Positions 1 through 10,029 of a stretch of 64,000 nt of DNA are shown in pieces. The notes below the pieces were generated by a model. The model worked only from the letters and a program-made list of their open reading frames with translations. It made no database searches and was not told the origin of the DNA. Every line of letters starts with the position of its first letter. Within the stretch, counting starts at the first letter, position 1. The DNA comes from Halodesulfurarchaeum sp. (GTDB lineage: Archaea > Halobacteriota > Halobacteria > Halobacteriales > Halobacteriaceae), in NCBI GenBank assembly GCA_034520565.1, contig JAXHNL010000001.1, positions 32,001 through 96,000 on the forward strand, read 5' to 3'. The position numbers were made by a program, and so were the translations under genes.

Positions 1-1
1 G

Positions 2-667
2 AAGCGGATCGATCCCTTCGAGGAACCGGAGCGGTTCGACGGTCCGACCTCCGCCGTCGGGGATCCAATCGACGAACTCGAGGCGGAGATGGACCGGCGA
101 CTCGAGCGCCGGACCGCCCGGGGTACCCCGGAGACCCTCGACGAACTCGTCCGCGAACTCCGCGAGGCCGAGCGAGGGTCGTGGTGGAAGTCCGGGCGGA
201 GCTACGACACGGAGAACTCGCCCCACGGTTTTCTCCGCGGGGTCCAGACCCTCGATTATCGCACGGGCGATGAGACCCGTTCCGAGGGCGAGCCAAACGA
301 GTCGGCCGTCACCGGCACGGCCCACGACGAGGACATCGACGAACTCATCGAGGCCGTCGCCGCGGCCCTCGCGGAGCGCTACGACCGTGGCCGGCCCGAG
401 GTGCTCTATGCGGAGATTTCGGACGCCGCCGGCTCCCGGATCGAGACCTTTCTCGCCCTGCTCTTTCTCTCCCACCGTGGCGACGTATACCTCGAGCAGG
501 ACGACCTCTTCGGCGACCTGTGGATCCAGGATCGGGGACTCGGCGACGATCAGGATTCGGGCACACTCTACCAGGAATCCGAGTCAGCCACCGCTTCCGG
601 GGATGGGTCTGACACAGACACCACATCCGAAGGGGAACGGGCGGAAGAACCGGCCACGCGGGACTGA
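2..667 (+). CDS. scpA: Segregation/condensation protein A (ScpA, kleisin), 5' end outside window
   Basis: Frame is open from the window start; C-terminal winged-helix pattern 'ETFLALLFLSHRGDVYLEQDDLFGDLWI' typical of ScpA. Confidence 0.85.
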   Translation, partial: KRIDPFEEPERFDGPTSAVGDPIDELEAEMDRRLERRTARGTPETLDELVRELREAERGSWWKSGRSYDTENSPHGFLRGVQTLDYRTGDETRSEGEPNESAVTGTAHDEDIDELIEAVAAALAERYDRGRPEVLYAEISDAAGSRIETFLALLFLSHRGDVYLEQDDLFGDLWIQDRGLGDDQDSGTLYQESESATASGDGSDTDTTSEGERAEEPATRD

Positions 668-710
668 CCTTCCAAAAGAAGAGCGCCAGAGACGACCCGA
701 TCGGCCCTGA

Positions 711-1562
711 TTACAGATAGTCGTCGACCAGCAGGTCCACGGATTCGAGGGTTGCTGTCGGGATGTGCTCGGGATCGGTGTTGATCGTGCCCTCGAGGGC
801 CGACTCGCAGTCACACTCGCGTTTCCCAAGTGACTCGATCGCGTTCCCCACGACCGCCTGAATCGCACGCTCGTTGTGAGAAGCGTTCTCCAGCACCTCC
901 TGGAGTGACACGGTGCTGTCGGTTTTCCAGACGTCCCAGTCGGTCACCCCGGCCACCGTGGCATAGCAAAGTTCCGCCTCACGGGCGAGCTTCGCCTCTG
1001 GAATGGCCGTCATGCCGATGATGTCAAAGCCCTGCTCGCGGTAGAATTCGCTCTCCGCGCGGGTCGAGAACTGCGGGCCCTCGATCGTGACGTATGTCCC
1101 GCCCTCGGTGACCGGCGCCGCAGTTGCTGATTCGGCCGCTGCCGCGAGCGTCCCGGAAAGATCCGGACAGAACGGTTCCGCGAAGCCCTGGTGGACGACC
1201 ATTCCGTCGCCGAAGAAGCTAGACGCTCGGTGTCGGGTTCGGTCGAACAGCTGGTCCGGGATCACGAGCGTGCGTGGTTCGAGGTCCTCGCGAAGACTCC
1301 CGACGGCGTTGCTGGCGATGATCCGCTCCACGCCGAGGGACTTGAGCGCGTACATGTTCGCCCGATACGGGAGGTCAGTCGGGGAGTACTGGTGGTGGCG
1401 GCCGTGGCGGGGGATGAACGCCACTTCGGTACCAGTTCCCTCGTACGTGCCGATGGTTACGGGTGCGCTTGGATCGCCAAACGGTGTCGAGACGTCCCGC
1501 TCCCGGACGTTCGTGAGTGGGAGGGCCTCGTAAATGCCGCTCCCGCCGATGAAGCCGATCAT
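711..1562 (-). CDS. mtnP: S-methyl-5'-thioadenosine phosphorylase
   Basis: IGFIGGSG, RHGRHH, NAVGSL, EGPQFSTRAES, GMTAIPEAKLARE, VTDWD motifs. Confidence 0.93.
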   Translation of the reverse strand: MIGFIGGSGIYEALPLTNVRERDVSTPFGDPSAPVTIGTYEGTGTEVAFIPRHGRHHQYSPTDLPYRANMYALKSLGVERIIASNAVGSLREDLEPRTLVIPDQLFDRTRHRASSFFGDGMVVHQGFAEPFCPDLSGTLAAAAESATAAPVTEGGTYVTIEGPQFSTRAESEFYREQGFDIIGMTAIPEAKLAREAELCYATVAGVTDWDVWKTDSTVSLQEVLENASHNERAIQAVVGNAIESLGKRECDCESALEGTINTDPEHIPTATLESVDLLVDDYL

Positions 1563-1618
1563 ATGCCGGCCTTCTCGGGACTCGACCTAAACGGTTGGGT
1601 TCCCGTGCGGTGCGGTGA

Positions 1619-2314
1619 TCAATCGTCCGCGAGGGCCCACCCCTCACCAGCCCGAACGATCACGTCCCTGCGGTCCATCTCCTCGAGGACCTCTACAAGC
1701 CGGTCGGGCTGGGCGATTTCCATCTCGATGCGGTCGATGTCGTGGTACGTGGCGAGGAGATTTCTGATCTCGGCCTCCGTGTACGGGCCATCCCCGCCCT
1801 TCTCCATGACGCCGGCGATGAGATCGACCATGTCCTCGATGAAATTCCACGGATAGACGACCCAGGTCCACTCCTGGAGCCGCTCGCCGACGAAGTCCGG
1901 TTCGAACTCGCTGGTCTGGAGGAGTTGCAACGTGGCCGTCCGGACCTCGCCGGAATCGCGGTCGGTTACGTACTCGTAGGCGTGCTGAATCGAGCCGCCG
2001 GTGTCGGCGATATCGTCGACGATGAGGACGTCCTTGCCCGCGACCGAGCCCTCCGGCATCGGGTACCGGATCTCCGGTTCCTCGGATTTCGCGGCCGTCC
2101 CGACGTAGTGTTCCATCTTGAGGCTCGTCAGGTCGTCGAGGCCGAGGAAATCACAGAGAACCCGACCCGAGAACCAGCCGCCGCGGGCCAGCGCCACGAT
2201 GACGTCGGGTTCGAAGTCGGCGGCCTTGACCTGGTCGGCCACGGTTCGACTGAGACCGTAGATGTAGTCCCAATTCGTGATGGTGCAGTTGAATTCATCG
2301 GGGAGCGCAGCCAT
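1619..2314 (-). CDS. Type I phosphoribosyltransferase (purine PRT-like)
   Basis: ARGG loop, PRPP-binding VLIVDDIADTGGS, WVVYPW. Confidence 0.85.
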   Translation of the reverse strand: MAALPDEFNCTITNWDYIYGLSRTVADQVKAADFEPDVIVALARGGWFSGRVLCDFLGLDDLTSLKMEHYVGTAAKSEEPEIRYPMPEGSVAGKDVLIVDDIADTGGSIQHAYEYVTDRDSGEVRTATLQLLQTSEFEPDFVGERLQEWTWVVYPWNFIEDMVDLIAGVMEKGGDGPYTEAEIRNLLATYHDIDRIEMEIAQPDRLVEVLEEMDRRDVIVRAGEGWALADD

Positions 2315-2433
2315 TGGGTTCGGTCACCATCATCGATAGTGGTGAGAACGGACTTTAATCATGCCATCTCCACTGGCGAGCTGATCGATCGGCCAAGCGT
2401 GGAAAAGCCACTCGTCGATATCTCGAGCCCAGG

Positions 2434-2862
2434 TCAGTCTTCGGACCCGAATTCGAACCCGTCCTCCCGCTTGAGCTCCCTGAGTTCCCGGTTGGCCGAC
2501 TGGAGGTCCTGTTGCATGTCCGCGAGGCGGTCGTCAAGCACCGCGACGATGTCGCTTTTGACGTGTTCGGTGTCGAAGGTGTCGCCGAGTTCCTCCGCCA
2601 TCGCGCCGGTCATCGTATGATAAAGCGCCCAGGCCTTGCCGAGCCGCCAGACCGCGAGGCCGAGAACGACCGGGACGAGACCGAGATAACTCCGGGTCGT
2701 GAAGTGCGGGTATCGGAACCCGAAGATGGTGTCCGGACCCAGCACGAGGCCACTTGAGACGAGGTACCCACCGAGGCCGACAATGGCCACCCCGAGAAGC
2801 GACAGGGCGGTGGTGAAAAGGAAGTACCGGCCCGCCCATCGCAAGGAGCGTTTCTGGTCCAT
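2434..2862 (-). CDS. Hypothetical membrane protein (2 TM plus C-terminal coiled coil)
   Basis: Probable start MDQKRSLRW at 2862 with an AT-rich TATA-like element about 25 nt upstream; two hydrophobic stretches and an acidic heptad tail. Confidence 0.7.
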   Translation of the reverse strand: MDQKRSLRWAGRYFLFTTALSLLGVAIVGLGGYLVSSGLVLGPDTIFGFRYPHFTTRSYLGLVPVVLGLAVWRLGKAWALYHTMTGAMAEELGDTFDTEHVKSDIVAVLDDRLADMQQDLQSANRELRELKREDGFEFGSED

Positions 2863-3019
2863 GTCGAGCCCAAGCGCGGGCGTGGTTTTAATATTCCGCC
2901 ACGGAGCCACGCCGTCTTCCGGCCACTCGGGGCGCTCGGACGGCCCTGGCAGGTCGTTTCCGATCCGATAGTATTGCCGCAACCTTCATGGGTCCACTCC
3001 GGGTTCATACACCTGCCAC

Positions 3020-5269
3020 ATGGCAGTACGCTGGCTGGATCACGTACGGGCCGACGACATCGGGAGCGTCGGCGGGAAGGGGGCCTCCCTCGGGGAGATG
3101 ACCGACGCTGGACTTCCCGTCCCGCCCGGGTTCGTCGTCACCGCGGACACGTATCGCTCGTTCATCGAAGACACCGGCATCGACGACGAACTCTTCGCGG
3201 CCGTCGACGTGGAGACCGAGGACTCGGGGGCGCTCGCCGAAGCCGAATCGCGGGCCAAGGAGCTCATCCTGGAGACGCCGATCCCCGACCACATCGAGGA
3301 GGAGATCAAGGCGGCCTACGCGAACCTGGACGGGGAGGACCCCTTCGTCGCGGTCCGCTCATCGGGCACCGCCGAGGACCTCCCGGAGGCGAGTTTCGCC
3401 GGGCAGCAGGAGACCTACCTCAACGTCCAGGGCGAGAAGCTTCTCGACCGGGTTCGTCGGGCATGGGCCTCGCTTTTCACCCAAAGGGCGATCTACTACC
3501 GCGAGCAACAGGGTTTCTCCCACGACGCGGTCGACATCGCCGTCGTCGTCCAGCAGATGGTCGACGCCGAAAAGAGCGGGGTGCTGTTCACCAGTCACCC
3601 CTCGACCGGGGCCAAGAAGACGATCATCGAGGCTGCCTGGGGGCTGGGCGAGGCGGTCGTGTCGGGATCGGTCTCCCCGGATAACTACCACGTCGACCGC
3701 CAGACCGGCAAGTTAGCGGAGATCACCGTCGCCGACAAGAAACTGGAGATGGTCCGGGACCCCGAAACCGGGGAGACGGTCACCGAACCGATCGAGGGGG
3801 ACAGACGGACGGCACGGGTCCTGACCGACGAGGAAATCGACGAACTCGTCGCGATGGGCGAGCGAGTCGAGGAACACTACGAAACCCCCCAGGACGTCGA
3901 GTGGGCGATCGCCGACGGGACGCTGTACATGCTCCAGTCCCGTCCGATCACGACGATCGACGCGGGAGCGGCGAGCGAAAGCAACGGGGAATCGAACGGG
4001 GAGAGCATCCTCTCCGGGCTCGGAGCAAGTCCGGGGATCGCCTCCGGGGCCGTTCGAACGATCCGCAAACTCGACCAGCTCGACAAGGTCGGAGAGGGCG
4101 ACATCATCGTCACGCCAATGACCACCCCGGACATGGTCCCGGCAATGAAGCGGGCCTCGGGGATCATCACCGAGGAGGGCGGAATGACCAGTCACGCCGC
4201 CATCGTCTCCCGAGAACTTGGGGTGCCGGCCGTCGTCGGAACCGGGAACGCCACGGACATCCTCGAAGACGACCAGATCGTCACGATCGACGGGGATCGC
4301 GGTGACGTTCGCGACGGCCGGGACACCGCCCAGACGGAACGGGAACCCATTGAAGAGGCCCGACCAAAGGCGCCCGTCAAGCCGATGACGGCCACCGAGG
4401 TGAAGGTCAACATCTCGATTCCGGGGGCCGCCGAACGGGCCGCGGCAACGGGCGCTGACGGTGTCGGCCTGCTTCGGATGGAGCACATGATCCTCGGGAC
4501 GAACAAGACCCCCCAACGCTACCTCGCGGACCACGGCCCGGACGCCTACAAAGACGAAATCGTCACCGGCGTGCGCGAGGTCGCAGAGGAGTTCTACCCA
4601 CGGCCAGTTCGAGTCAGGACCCTTGACGCGCCGACCGACGAATTCCGGCAGCTCGAGGGCGGAAACGACGAACCCAGCGAGCACAATCCCATGCTCGGGT
4701 GGCGCGGGATCCGGCGGAGCCTCGAGGAGCCCGAGATCTTCGAATACGAGCTCGAAGCGGTCAAGCGGCTCTTCGAGATGGGATACGACAACGTGGAGAT
4801 CATGTTCCCGCTCGTGAACGACGCCGCGGACGTCGAGCAGGCCAGAGAACACCTCGAAAAGGCCGGCATCGACCCGGAAAAGCGCTCGTGGGGCGTCATG
4901 GTCGAAACACCGGCAAGTGTCATGACCGTCGAGGAGATGGCCGCGGAGGGAATCGACTTTGCCTCCTTCGGCACGAACGACCTCACCCAGTACACCCTCG
5001 CCGTCGACCGGAACAACGGGCGAGTCGCCGACCGCTTCGACGAACTTCACCCCGCCGTGCTCAAGCTCATCAGCCGGACCATCGAAGTCTGTCGAGAACA
5101 CGACGTGGACACGAGCATCTGCGGACAGGCCGGCTCGAAACCGGAGATGGTCGACTTCCTCGTCGAGGAGGGGATTTCCTCCATCTCTGCAAACATCGAC
5201 GCGGTTCGAGACGTTCAACACGAGGTCAAGCGGACCGAACAGCGCCTCCTGCTCGATTCGGTCCGATAG
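3020..5269 (+). CDS. ppsA: Phosphoenolpyruvate synthase
   Basis: VGGKGASLGEM, VAVRSS, SFAGQQETY, phospho-His GGMTSHAAIVSRELG, SFGTNDLTQY. Confidence 0.96.
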   Translation: MAVRWLDHVRADDIGSVGGKGASLGEMTDAGLPVPPGFVVTADTYRSFIEDTGIDDELFAAVDVETEDSGALAEAESRAKELILETPIPDHIEEEIKAAYANLDGEDPFVAVRSSGTAEDLPEASFAGQQETYLNVQGEKLLDRVRRAWASLFTQRAIYYREQQGFSHDAVDIAVVVQQMVDAEKSGVLFTSHPSTGAKKTIIEAAWGLGEAVVSGSVSPDNYHVDRQTGKLAEITVADKKLEMVRDPETGETVTEPIEGDRRTARVLTDEEIDELVAMGERVEEHYETPQDVEWAIADGTLYMLQSRPITTIDAGAASESNGESNGESILSGLGASPGIASGAVRTIRKLDQLDKVGEGDIIVTPMTTPDMVPAMKRASGIITEEGGMTSHAAIVSRELGVPAVVGTGNATDILEDDQIVTIDGDRGDVRDGRDTAQTEREPIEEARPKAPVKPMTATEVKVNISIPGAAERAAATGADGVGLLRMEHMILGTNKTPQRYLADHGPDAYKDEIVTGVREVAEEFYPRPVRVRTLDAPTDEFRQLEGGNDEPSEHNPMLGWRGIRRSLEEPEIFEYELEAVKRLFEMGYDNVEIMFPLVNDAADVEQAREHLEKAGIDPEKRSWGVMVETPASVMTVEEMAAEGIDFASFGTNDLTQYTLAVDRNNGRVADRFDELHPAVLKLISRTIEVCREHDVDTSICGQAGSKPEMVDFLVEEGISSISANIDAVRDVQHEVKRTEQRLLLDSVR

Positions 5270-5342
5270 CACAGCGATTCCGTAAAACGGGGGCCACGAC
5301 CGAACGACAGAGGTTTTCGGGATTGCGTGCTAGTCGGCGCAC

Positions 5343-6581
5343 ATGCTCGTCTTTCACGCCGCGTTCCTGCTCCTCGTCGTGGGCTCGACGACCTTTTTCT
5401 GCTGGCTCGCGGCCGCGAACGTCAGCTATGCAGAGCGAACCGTTCACGACCGCGCCGACTGGCTGGCAGACACCCTCGGGATCGAGGACCCCGACCGCCT
5501 CCTCGAATACCACCGGTTGACGACGGCGTCCGCGCAGCTACGCCAGGTCGTGTTCCTCGGGCTCCTCTTGCTCGTCTTGTATTCGGGACTCTTCTCCGAC
5601 CTGGTGGCCGGGCTCTACACCGTGATCGGCAACGAGCTACTCGCCGGGGTCGCGCTGTTCGTCGGTGCGACGGTCCTCATGCGAGTGATTCAACTCCCCT
5701 TCGACGCCTTCGGGACCTTCGGAATCGAGGAGGGCTTCGGGTTCAACGAGCAGTCGCCGCGACTCTTCGTTCGCGACGCGCTCGTGAGCACGGCCGTCGG
5801 CGTCGTGCTGGTCGGCCTCCTCGGCGGGGCGATCCTCGTCGTCATCCGGCAGTTCCCGGACTGGTGGTGGCTGGCGGCAACCGGCGTGGTCGGCGTCTTC
5901 AGTCTCGCGAGCCAGGTGCTCGTTCCGCGGGTCATCATGCCACTCTTTTATGACTTCGATCCGGTCGAGAAAGGGGACCTCCGCGAGGCGGTCGAGACGG
6001 TGTTCGAACGGGCGGGCTTCACCTGCGAGGACGTCTACGAGATGGACGCGAGCACGCGGTCGGGCCATTCAAACGCCTTCTTTACCGGTTTCGGGGCGGC
6101 CAAACGGGTCGTGCTCTACGACACGCTGATCGAGCAACTCGAGACCGATGAACTCCAGAGCGTGCTCGCCCACGAACTGGCCCACTGGAAAAAGGGGCAC
6201 ATCTGGCAAGGAATGGGAATGAGCGTCCTGCAGGCTGGCGTCCTGCTCTTTCTCGCAAAGCTCCTCATGGAAACGACCTGGCTCTACGCGATGTTCGACG
6301 TCCCGGCAGTTCCCGCGGCCGGACTCCTGCTCGCCGCGTTCTGGCTGGAACCGATCGCGCAGTTCACCCAGCCGCTGTCGAACCGGCTCTGGCTCGAAAA
6401 CGAGCGAGAAGCGGACGACTTCGCCATGGACGTCGTGGGCGGTGGCGAACCGCTTGCAGACGCATTAGCAACCCTCCAGCGGGAGAACCTCGGCAATCCC
6501 TTCCCGCACCCGCTCTACGAGACGTTTCATTACCAGCACCCGCCGGTTCCCGAGCGAATTCGAGAACTCACCGAGGGCTGA
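5343..6581 (+). CDS. M48 family (Ste24-like) membrane zinc metallopeptidase
   Basis: Multiple TM helices, NAFFTGFG, HELAH zinc motif, EREAD, HPPVPERI. Confidence 0.9.
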   Translation: MLVFHAAFLLLVVGSTTFFCWLAAANVSYAERTVHDRADWLADTLGIEDPDRLLEYHRLTTASAQLRQVVFLGLLLLVLYSGLFSDLVAGLYTVIGNELLAGVALFVGATVLMRVIQLPFDAFGTFGIEEGFGFNEQSPRLFVRDALVSTAVGVVLVGLLGGAILVVIRQFPDWWWLAATGVVGVFSLASQVLVPRVIMPLFYDFDPVEKGDLREAVETVFERAGFTCEDVYEMDASTRSGHSNAFFTGFGAAKRVVLYDTLIEQLETDELQSVLAHELAHWKKGHIWQGMGMSVLQAGVLLFLAKLLMETTWLYAMFDVPAVPAAGLLLAAFWLEPIAQFTQPLSNRLWLENEREADDFAMDVVGGGEPLADALATLQRENLGNPFPHPLYETFHYQHPPVPERIRELTEG

Positions 6582-6653
6582 CGGGTTCGCGGCGGAACCG
6601 TCTGCGGCGAAGGGAGCGGAACCGATAAGCGGCTGGTTCGACACCTCGGAAGT

Positions 6654-7715
6654 ATGCCCGGATCACAGTCACCCGCTCCCCAGTCCTTCGATCGGGTGCT
6701 CTCCTCGATGTGCACGCGACCGGCACCGGTCGCCGAGCGGGCCGCACGCGCATTTCTGGGGACCAACCCTGGCGACCCGGCCACGTTCGAAACGGTCGCC
6801 GACCTCGAGTACTCGGTCGTCTCGATGCTCGGCGACGTCGTCGGCCTCCCGGAGCCACATGGGTACGTCACGGCCGGCGGGACGGAGGCCAACGTCCAGG
6901 CGGTCCGCGCCGCCCGGAACCGCACGGGGACTGGGGATCCGAACGTCGTGGCTCCGGAGAGCGCCCACTTTTCGCTCCGCAAAGCCGCCGAGTTGCTCGA
7001 CATGGAGGTTCGATTCGTCGACACCGATTCGGAAAACCGGGCCGACCCGGACGCGATGGCCGAGGCCGTTGACGAGGAGACTGCACTCGTCTTCTGTGTC
7101 GCCGGCTCGACCGAGTACGGCCGCGTGGATCCGATTCCGGCGCTTGCGGACCTCGCCGATTCCGTCGATGCCCACTGCCACGTCGACGCGGCGTTCGGCG
7201 GGTTCCTCCTCCCGTTTACCGACCACGAGTGGCACTTCGGCCACGCAGGGATCGACTCCATGACGATCGATCCGCATAAGACCGGGCGGGCAGCGATTCC
7301 CGCCGGTGGGTTCCTCGCCAGGGACGCGTCGACACTCCAGGCGCTCGAAGTGAAAACACCCTACCTCGCCTCCGAAACGCAAGTTTCGCTGGGCGGCACC
7401 CGGAGCGGGGCTGGCGTCGCAAGTGCCGCTGCAGCGCTCTCGACGCTCTGGCCGTCCGGGTACCGGGCGGCATTCGAACGGACGATGGAACTTGCGGCGT
7501 GGATCGCGTCCGAACTCGAATCCCGAGGGTACGACGTCGCCGAACCCACACTCCCACTGGTGTCGTGGCAACCCGACTCGGGACAGTACGACGCGTTACG
7601 TGCGGCGGGCTGGAAGATCGCCCGCACTCGCGGTGGCGCGATTCGACTGGTTGTCATGCCCCACGTGACCCGATCCATGCTCGAATCGTTCCTCGCGGAC
7701 CTCGAACGGCTCTGA
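6654..7715 (+). CDS. mfnA: PLP-dependent tyrosine/aspartate decarboxylase MfnA
   Basis: SSMCT, NPGDP, GGTEAN, HFS, HVDAAFGG, DPHK (PLP lysine). Confidence 0.9.
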   Translation: MPGSQSPAPQSFDRVLSSMCTRPAPVAERAARAFLGTNPGDPATFETVADLEYSVVSMLGDVVGLPEPHGYVTAGGTEANVQAVRAARNRTGTGDPNVVAPESAHFSLRKAAELLDMEVRFVDTDSENRADPDAMAEAVDEETALVFCVAGSTEYGRVDPIPALADLADSVDAHCHVDAAFGGFLLPFTDHEWHFGHAGIDSMTIDPHKTGRAAIPAGGFLARDASTLQALEVKTPYLASETQVSLGGTRSGAGVASAAAALSTLWPSGYRAAFERTMELAAWIASELESRGYDVAEPTLPLVSWQPDSGQYDALRAAGWKIARTRGGAIRLVVMPHVTRSMLESFLADLERL

Positions 7716-7865
7716 GCGAGCGGAACCGTTTCGGAGACGGCTACAACCGTCGTAACGGACTGTCCGAAGAGGCGTCGTCCTCATTTGATCGACGGTTTCA
7801 CCGGTCGTCCTTCCATGCGACCGCAAAACGGGGAGCTTTAACCTGCCGGGCTGGCATCCATACCC

Positions 7866-9944
7866 ATGAGCCACGAGCCGTTCCCCACGGACAACCCGGC
7901 GGTGGTGACCTGTGGGCTCCCGTACGCCAACGGGGACCTCCACATCGGCCATCTCCGCACCTACGTAAGCGGCGACGTCCTGACCCGGTCGCTGCGAACG
8001 ATCGGCCAGGAAACCGCCTTCGTGTCCGGGTCCGACATGCACGGGACCCCGATTGCGGTCAACGCCGCCGAAGCCGGTGTCTCCCCGGAGGAATTCGCCC
8101 TCGACTGGCACGAGACCTACGAGGAGACCTTTCCCCAGTTCGACGTCGACTTCGACAACTACGGCCACACCCATCAGGACGCGAACGTCGAGTTGACCAC
8201 CGAGATCGTCGAGACCCTCGACAGGGAGGGCCACGTCTACGAGAAGACGATCGAGGTCGCCTGGGATCCGATCGAGAACCAGCCACTCCCGGACCGGTAC
8301 GTCGAGGGCACCTGTCCCTACTGCGGCGAGCAGGCCCGCGGGGACGAATGCGACGAGGGCTGTGGTCGACACCTCGAGCCCGGCGAAATCGAGAACCCGA
8401 CGAGCATCCTCACCGGAAACCCGGCCGAATATCGGACTCGCACGCACAAGTTCTTCGAGGTCTCGGCCTTCCAGGAGTACCTCGCCGACTTCATCGACCG
8501 ACTGGAGGGGACCAAAAACGCCCGGAACCAGCCACGCGAGTGGATCGAAGGGGAGCTGCAGGACTGGTGTATCACCCGCGATCTCGACTGGGGCATCGAC
8601 TATCCGGACCGGGACGGCGAGGAAACCGACCTGGTGCTCTACGTCTGGGTGGACGCCCCGATCGAGTACATCGCCTCGACGAAGCAGTACACCGACCGTG
8701 TGGGGAGAGAGACCTACGACTGGGAGGAGGTCTGGCGCGAGGGCGAGGGCGAAATCGTCCACGTGATCGGTCGGGACATCATCCAGCATCACACGGTCTT
8801 CTGGCCGGCCATGCTCGAGGGAGCCGGTTTCAACGAGCCACGGGCGGTGATGGCAAGCGGCTTCGTCAACCTCGACGGCGCGGGCTTCTCGACCAGCCGC
8901 AACCGGGCGGTCTGGGCCGAGGAGTACCTCGACTCGCCGTTCGAGACCGACCTGCTGCGATACTACATCGCCACCGCCGGCGCGTTCGAGCGAGACATCG
9001 ACTTCTCGTGGGAGTCCTTCCAGGAGCGAGTCAACACGGAACTGGCCGACGACGTGGGCAATTTCGTCTACCGCGCCCTGCTCTTTGCGAGCCGGAACTA
9101 CGACGGCACGCCGGACGTGGATCTCTCCTCGACCGTCGAGACGGAAATCGAGGACGCGATGGCGGACTTCCGGACCGCGCTCAACGAGTATTCGGTCCGA
9201 GATGCAGGGGCCGTTCCTCTCGAACTCGCTCGCTACGGGAACGAGTACATCCAGCGAAAGGAGCCATGGAAGTTGACCGACGAGGATCCCGACGAGGCGG
9301 CGCAGGTCATCCGGGACACGGTCCAGCTGGTCAAGGCCATCGCGGTCACGCTCGAACCGTTCACCCCCCGGACCGCCGAGGGGATCTGGGCGGATCTGAA
9401 CGAATCGGGAACGGCCCGAGACGCGACGCTTGCGACCTGTCTGGAGACGCCGCCGGACACGTTCGGCGAGCCCCGTGAGCCCTTCGAGAAGATCGAGGAC
9501 GAGCAAGTTCAAGAGCGGCAGGAAGCCCTCGAAGAGAAGATCGAAGAGGCGACCGATGGCACGACAGGCAGCGACACAGCGGACGGCGAGGAGACGGCCA
9601 TGACCGACATCGAACCCATCACGGAGGGTCGCATCAGTTTCGACGAGTTCCAGGACCTCGACATGCGAGTCGGCGAGATCGAATCCGCCGAACCGATCGA
9701 GGGCGCGGACAAGTTGGTCCGCCTCGAGGTCGACATCGGGGTCGAAACCCGGCAGGTCGTCGCCGGAATCCGGCAACTCCACGACGTCGAGGACCTGCCC
9801 GGAACGAGGATCGTTCTACTCGCCAACCTGGAGCGGGCCGAACTCTTCGGCGTGGAGTCGAACGGGATGTTGCTCGCGGCCGGCGACGAGGCCGACCTCC
9901 TCACCACACAGGGCGACAGTCCGCCGGGCACGAAAATCCAGTAG
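7866..9944 (+). CDS. metG: Methionine--tRNA ligase with C-terminal tRNA-binding domain
   Basis: LPYANGDLHIGH, Zn knuckle CPYC..CDEGC, YVWVDA, FSTSR (KMSKS equivalent), C-terminal Trbp111-like domain. Confidence 0.97.
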   Translation: MSHEPFPTDNPAVVTCGLPYANGDLHIGHLRTYVSGDVLTRSLRTIGQETAFVSGSDMHGTPIAVNAAEAGVSPEEFALDWHETYEETFPQFDVDFDNYGHTHQDANVELTTEIVETLDREGHVYEKTIEVAWDPIENQPLPDRYVEGTCPYCGEQARGDECDEGCGRHLEPGEIENPTSILTGNPAEYRTRTHKFFEVSAFQEYLADFIDRLEGTKNARNQPREWIEGELQDWCITRDLDWGIDYPDRDGEETDLVLYVWVDAPIEYIASTKQYTDRVGRETYDWEEVWREGEGEIVHVIGRDIIQHHTVFWPAMLEGAGFNEPRAVMASGFVNLDGAGFSTSRNRAVWAEEYLDSPFETDLLRYYIATAGAFERDIDFSWESFQERVNTELADDVGNFVYRALLFASRNYDGTPDVDLSSTVETEIEDAMADFRTALNEYSVRDAGAVPLELARYGNEYIQRKEPWKLTDEDPDEAAQVIRDTVQLVKAIAVTLEPFTPRTAEGIWADLNESGTARDATLATCLETPPDTFGEPREPFEKIEDEQVQERQEALEEKIEEATDGTTGSDTADGEETAMTDIEPITEGRISFDEFQDLDMRVGEIESAEPIEGADKLVRLEVDIGVETRQVVAGIRQLHDVEDLPGTRIVLLANLERAELFGVESNGMLLAAGDEADLLTTQGDSPPGTKIQ

Positions 9945-10029
9945 GACCGGGCGAAAATCGGCCGGACCCGGCGGCATTTGCCACCTGGCAGATAACACCT
10001 TTATTCGAGGGGCGGCCGAAGGGAGGGTA

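Noticed and set aside
2862-3020. TrmB operator upstream of ppsA
   Set aside because: No convincing TACT-N7/8-GAGTA match seen
6654-7715. Methanofuran biosynthesis implied by mfnA
   Set aside because: No other mfn genes are present; in non-methanogens MfnA supplies beta-alanine for CoA, consistent with pok and pps in this window
7499-9782. Long alternative-frame and antisense ORFs (for example 7499-9478, 7596-9782, 3713-5272, 53157-54578)
   Set aside because: Shadow ORFs of high-GC genes: Arg/Gly/Pro-rich or antisense in-phase, no motifs, and fully overlapping well-supported genes
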